The notes under the pieces were generated by a model. It worked only from the letters and a program-made list of their open reading frames with translations, did no database searches and had not been told where the DNA came from. Positions 58,771-64,000 of a DNA stretch of 64,000 nucleotides are shown piece after piece; position 1 is the first letter of the stretch; each line of letters starts with the position of its first letter. A program made the translations under genes and the position numbers. Source of the DNA: Anaeramoeba ignava BMAN (taxonomy: Eukaryota > Protista > Anaeramoebae); assembly GCA_028826165.1 (NCBI GenBank), contig JAPDFW010000089.1, forward strand, positions 62,001 to 126,000. The letters run 5' to 3'.

Positions 58771-61623
58771 TCAATTTGTTTGATTTTTTTGTGAGTTTTT
58801 CATCAAATCTGTCTTACACAATATCCAATCAAAGGGATTTACTTGATTTAAATTTTCACCATTAACCAAAATAACTGGATCTTCTGCAAATTGAGAAGAA
58901 CTATGACGTGTTGTTTTGGAAGTAATGTAAACATAATATTGATTTGGTGGAAGAATATATGTTTTTGCGCATTTCTTGGGTTTTTTGCTTTTGTTGTTTG
59001 CTGAGTTTTTTCTGTTTTTTGGATTGCTTTTCTTTTTGATCTGGAGAAAATTCATTTTTTGGTTGTTGAGTGTTGTTTTGTTGTTCGGATAACTTTTGTA
59101 TCAACTGTAAAGTCTCGTTATCTAATTCTATCCTTGATAAGTTTGAATAATATTCTAAAATTGATGTTTCTTGTTGATTAGTTGGTTTGAAATTTCTTTT
59201 GAATAAACTATCAACTCTTGTCTTATGATGAGGATAATCTAATATTGAAACTTGAAAGTAAAAGAGTTGCTTTTCTTCTTTTTCATTTTTAGATAAACAA
59301 ACGAAATCAACAACAGAATGACTTTTGTAGCACACAATCAAATCTCCTATTGAAATATTTTCTAATGGAATTTTGCTTATGTTGGTGAATGATTCTATTT
59401 ATCTGGATTTTAAATGTTTCAGGGTTTCTTTGCTCTTCTCCTTTCAGATTGGTATTTGATAATGTAAGTGTGAAATCACTATCACTAAACTTTTCGAATC
59501 CATTCAAAACAAATAGTTTTAATGCCATCCAATTTTAAATCGAGTTGACATAGGATATTGATATAACTGAATCCTTGACTTTTGAAAATTTCAAGAATTG
59601 CTTCTTTTACCCATTCACAAATTGGAACAATTTCCTTTTTGAATGATTTCAAAGTTTCTGTTTGACTCAGTTCCATTTCATCTTCATCTTCATTTTCTTT
59701 TTCTTTATCATTGGAATTATTTGAGTAAAAGATGTGAAATAAACCTGATAATTCCCAAAATTCAGGTAAATAAGTAATATTTCCATTTAGACAAAGAAGA
59801 GTTGGAAGTTCAATCTCTTGTTTGATCTGCTGATGATCTTTGATTTGTTTGATTTTGTTCAGAACATAATTAACTTTTTTTTTATAATGTTCAATGCAAT
59901 CCAATATAAATTGATTTATCAATCTGAGTGCATGAGATGATTGTTTTTTCCAGTTTCGATAACTTGTTGATACAATATCCAACACTCTTGGAACTTTGTT
60001 TGTAAATTTTTCCAAAAAATTTGTTGTTCTATGTTGTGGAATTTTTCCTTCTTTTCTTTTCCATTCGAAAATCGATTTAAATTCTGATTTAGTATAAATT
60101 GTTGTTTTCACTCCAAATTCTTGAAAATCAATCTCGGGAATCTTGTTCTGATAAAAACTTGAACTCAAAGATGCTATCATTATTCCACTTGTGATGTCTG
60201 GTAAATTCTTGAAAATATTTAAAATATGTTCTGAATCTTTAAATTGCTCTCTATAAAGAACATTGTATTCATCAATTGCAATCAGAACTTTAAATTCTTT
60301 AATTTCTAATTCAAAGAGTTGCTCAAAAAAATTTTGGCAATCCTCAACCATTTGTTGTTTATCTTCTCGTGTTGAGTTTCCCTTATTCCATAATTTTTTA
60401 TCATAATCAAAGTCACATTTTTGAAATAATTGGTTTCCATATCTTGTAAAAAGGTTTTTCATTATTTTTTTAGCAACAATATGACTTTCAGATTCTCTTA
60501 AAGTAAGTAAAGTCAAATAAACAACAACCCATTTTTGATTTTTATTTTTTGTGTTTTTGTGTTTGATTATCTTTAATTATCATTTGAGAAATATCTTCAA
60601 TATTTAATTTATCCAAATTTAAATCATTTTCAGACTGTTGTTCAACATTTTCTTTGGTTTCATTTGAATTTAAATCTTCTTGATTGCATTCTTTCTTTTC
60701 TTGAACTTTCCAAGGCTTCCAATTTGATTTCAAATGATTTTTCAATTTCCAAGTATTGAACAAGAATAAGAATAAGAATAAGAATAAGAATAAGAATAAG
60801 AATAAGAATATCAATATCAATAAGAATATAAATAAGAATATGAATAAGAATAAGAATAAGAATAAGAATAAGAATAAGAATATGAATATGAATATGAATA
60901 TGAATAAGAATATGAATAAGAATATCAATATCAATATAAATATCAATATAAATATAAATATCAATATCAATATCAATATCAATATCAATATCAATATCAA
61001 TATCAATATCAATATCAATATCAATATCAATATCAATATCAATATCAATATCAATATCAATATCAATATCAATATCAATATCAATATCAATATCAATGAA
61101 AATATCAATATCAATATCAATATCAATATCAATATCAATATCAATATCAATATCAATATCAATATCAATATCAATATCAATATCAATATCAATATCAATA
61201 TCAATATCAATATCAATATCAATATCAATATCAATATCAATATCAATATCAATGAAAATATTTATTTTTGTGATTGAAAAATTTGTACATGAAAATAAGA
61301 GAAATAACAAGCAAGATGAAAGAGAGTATAAGATTTTCCTGTTCCGTTTTCTCCATACAAAACCATTTGTTCTGTTGATCCTTGCTCGATTTCATTCATC
61401 AAATCTTGTGTTTGTTTTCTTATCAAAATTGGTGATATAATTTCCATGCTTTGTGTTTCCGAATTTCGACTGGACAAACAGGAAAAATATTGCAAGGTAT
61501 TCCACCAATTTTATTACAGTTTTCTGATTTTGAATGTTCTTCAATCGGAATTTTTGAAAGTTCTTTTTTAATTTCATCTTCAGAAAAAATTTTGAGATTT
61601 TCTTTTTCAAATTGTTTTGACAT
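58771..61623 (-). CDS. Crinkler/RHS-like P-loop NTPase + PD-(D/E)xK-type nuclease protein (multiple frameshifts; may be a pseudogene)
   Basis: Walker A LYGENGTGKS, Walker B VLIAIDEYN, downstream IASLSS, C-terminal HSVVDFVC...LFYFQVS and YYVYIT. The gene is tiled by six or more minus-strand ORF fragments and interrupted by a (GATATT)n/(CTTATT)n tract at ~60762-61255. Confidence 0.6.
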
Positions 61624-61927
61624 TTAGAAAATAGAAAAAAAAGAAAAAAATGAAAAAAATTTAATAAAAAAAAAATCTTTTAAAGTAATTTTGATCAACG
61701 GCTACTTTATCTGTTAATTTCTTTTAATTCCTAATTGAAATCTTCTGATTTGATTTTAATTTTGACTTTGATTTGATTTGATTTTATTCTTGACTTCTCT
61801 TTTTTGCTTTTTTTGGAAAATTTGTTTTTTGTTTATTGATTTTGAGTCCAGATCTTTTCAAATCTAAAAAATTAAAATCAAAATTAAAATCAAAATCAAA
61901 ATTAAAATTTTAATTCAAATTCAAATT

Positions 61928-62731
61928 TAAAAATAAAAAGATTCCAGGATTTGGTTTATGGAAATTATGGTCTACTTTAATTAAACCTTGGCTTTCAATG
62001 AGAGGAAATGAAACAGAAGTTGAAGATGAAGATGATGAAAATGAAAAAAAGAAAAAAAAGAAACATGGAAAGAAAATCAAAATTTATAAATGAAAGAATC
62101 CAAATATTTTTTTTTTCAAAAAAGTTTTTAAAATAAAAATAAAAAATGGATTCATTTTCCAATTAAAATTTAAATTAAACATTTTGTTTAAAAACATTCA
62201 AAAATCTTTTCCATAGAAACAAATTGAAGTTTTAAATTGAGGATCAGAAAAAAAAGGAAAAATAAGAAATTGAAGATAAAATTTTAAATTAAATTTTTCT
62301 ATTTGAGTTTCTAAATTTGAATTTTTAATAAACCATCATCTTGAATTTTTAATTGGAATAAATCTTGAATTTTTGATTGGAATAAATTTTGGAAAAAATT
62401 AGTTGAAAAACCAAATGATTTCCTTAACAATTTTGTGTTTAAATCATAATCAACTTTGGATCCAATTTGGATATTTTTTGTCAAATTTGAAATCAAATGA
62501 GAATTAATTTGATTTGAATTTTTAAGTGAAAATTTAAATAGAGTTTCTTTTCGAAATGAAACCATTTTGAATCCAAAATTTCCTGATTTGTTTATTTGAA
62601 TATTTTTTTGATAATTTGCATTAAATTCAAAACAATCATTAAAAAAAGTTTTTGTTGAAAATTTGATATTTTGAATAAAATCTTGAACTTGAAATGGTTC
62701 TAAATTAAATTCTGAATTATCGGAAAATTTT
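61928..62731. repeat. Segmental direct repeat, copy 2
   Basis: Matches 57792-58620. It contains an orphan copy of the TMEM208 last exon and the 3' half of the full-length porin-like gene. Confidence 0.92.
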
Positions 62732-63045
62732 GATTTAATTTTTGATTGAAAAATTAAAAGTGTTTTTTTCGGGATCAATTTCCCTACTTCAAATAATAGT
62801 TTTTGTTCAGAGTTAGAATTAAAAGTTGCTTTGGAAGAAAAGAAACTCGTTGGTTTTATTCTTGAAAGCCTAAAAGAAGCTTCTGTATTCAAAGAATTTT
62901 GTTGATTTTTTTCAATTTTCATTTGGATTCTAGAATTTTTAATCATGGATTTTGGTTGTTTTGAATAACTTTTAATTTGGAAATTTGAAATGAATGGTTT
63001 TGATTTGAAAAGAGAAGAAAAATTTAATAATGGATTTTCATTCAT
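62198..63045 (-). CDS. Divergent VDAC/Tom40-superfamily (eukaryotic porin-like) protein, ~280 aa, frameshift near 62320
   Basis: Size, a short N-terminal helix, alternating polar/hydrophobic beta pattern throughout, and IQIGSKVDYDL, KSFGFS and KIQDDGLL (cf. VDAC KVNNxxL). The C-terminus is read in frame from the duplicate at 58065-58454. Confidence 0.5.
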
Positions 63046-63448
63046 TATATATTGAAAAAAAGGAAAAAAAATGATAAACAAAAAAAAAGAATTTTTTAAT
63101 TAAAATTAAAATTTTTTTTTTAAATTTAAAAATAAAAATAAAAAATAAAAATCTCAGAAATGAGTATCAGAATGTGTTTTTGAATCTTTAAACAAACATT
63201 CTTTCGAGCATTTCTTTTAAAAAAAAAATGAAAATAATTTTTTAAATTTTTATGATAAATTATTTTTTTTTTATTTAAATTAATTAAAAAAATAAATAAA
63301 AAAAATTTAAATTATTAAAAATCGTAAAAATTTGATTTATTTTGTTTTTTTTATTTTTATTTTTATTTTTATTTTAAAAAGAAATTATTCTCCATTTTTT
63401 TCTTTTACTATCTTTACTTTTTGTTATAATACTTTTTTTAATTTATAA

Positions 63449-64000
63449 ATGATTACCAAAAATTCTCAAAAAAAAAGACGCAAACAAAATATTGATGATT
63501 TCAATCAATTTCCAATTAAACAAAATCGAAAAAATAAAGATCTAAAAAAAAATATTCAACAAAATAAAAGATAAAAACGAAATTTTTTATCAACAAAAAA
63601 AAGACGAATTTGAAAATCAAAACAAGAACGAGAATCAAGAAGAATTGAAGGGAATAAATAATAGTCAAGATGAGGAAAAAAAAGTTTTTTTAATTGACAA
63701 TAAAAATGGGGAAATCTCAATAGAAAATGGAAAAGAAAAAACAACAGAGAAGTATGAAAAAGAAGATTTTGCGCAAAGAAAAAGTGTTGTATTGAATTTT
63801 GAATCGGATGTAGCCAGTTCAGGTAAGGAATAAATTTGACAGAAGTTTAAATTTAAAACTGACATTTTTTTATTTAATTTTTTTTATTTAATTTTTTTTA
63901 TTTAATTTTTTTTAATCAAGCAATTGATATACTTTTTGATGATCTGTTGTTATCAATTTTCTCCTTTTTAGATAAACGCTCGCTTTGTAAATGTGAACTT
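63449..64000 (+). CDS. 5' part of an unknown gene running off the window
   Basis: ATG at 63449, K/N-rich coding-like sequence with apparent homopolymer frameshifts, and a GTAAGG donor at ~63823. Confidence 0.4.

Noticed and set aside
63156-63215. SECIS element
   Set aside because: It has ATGA and GA, but it lies upstream of two divergent genes rather than in a 3' UTR, helix II is poor, and no in-frame UGA selenoprotein candidate is adjacent.

Overview
Extremely AT-rich, gene-dense, intron-containing eukaryotic nuclear DNA from an anaerobic protist. A hydrogenosome-type [FeFe]-hydrogenase, RCC1-BTB paralogues, N/Q/E microsatellite-coded protein tracts and satellite-filled introns suggest a metamonad such as Anaeramoeba; this is inferred, not verified by search. 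About 22 genes were reconstructed by hand: BEACH-WD40, two RCC1-BTB, TLDc, a 78-aa membrane protein, GSK3, an orphan, hydA, a PH-like unknown, an ABHD17-like hydrolase, ORC2, CAP-Gly/LisH/RasGEF, BRCT, PH-RhoGAP-SH3, TALE homeobox, a truncated TM9SF-like gene, CGI121, PSP1, PAS, TMEM208/SND2, a Crinkler/RHS-like NTPase-nuclease, a VDAC-like porin and a partial gene at the right edge. Two rearrangement features stand out. One is a TA-flanked pogo (DD35D) transposon inside an intron. The other is a 3.3-kb cassette carrying the NTPase-nuclease gene, bracketed by ~0.8-kb duplicated host sequence. Window-wide signals are intron-specific satellites, A-rich AAG splice acceptors, a TTTCATTT initiator-like motif, recurrent intergenic GATC, and a 5'-purine to 3'-pyrimidine gradient within exons. 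Many 1-bp frameshifts lie in homopolymers and are probably assembly errors. Exon boundaries are hand-derived and may be off by a few bases.
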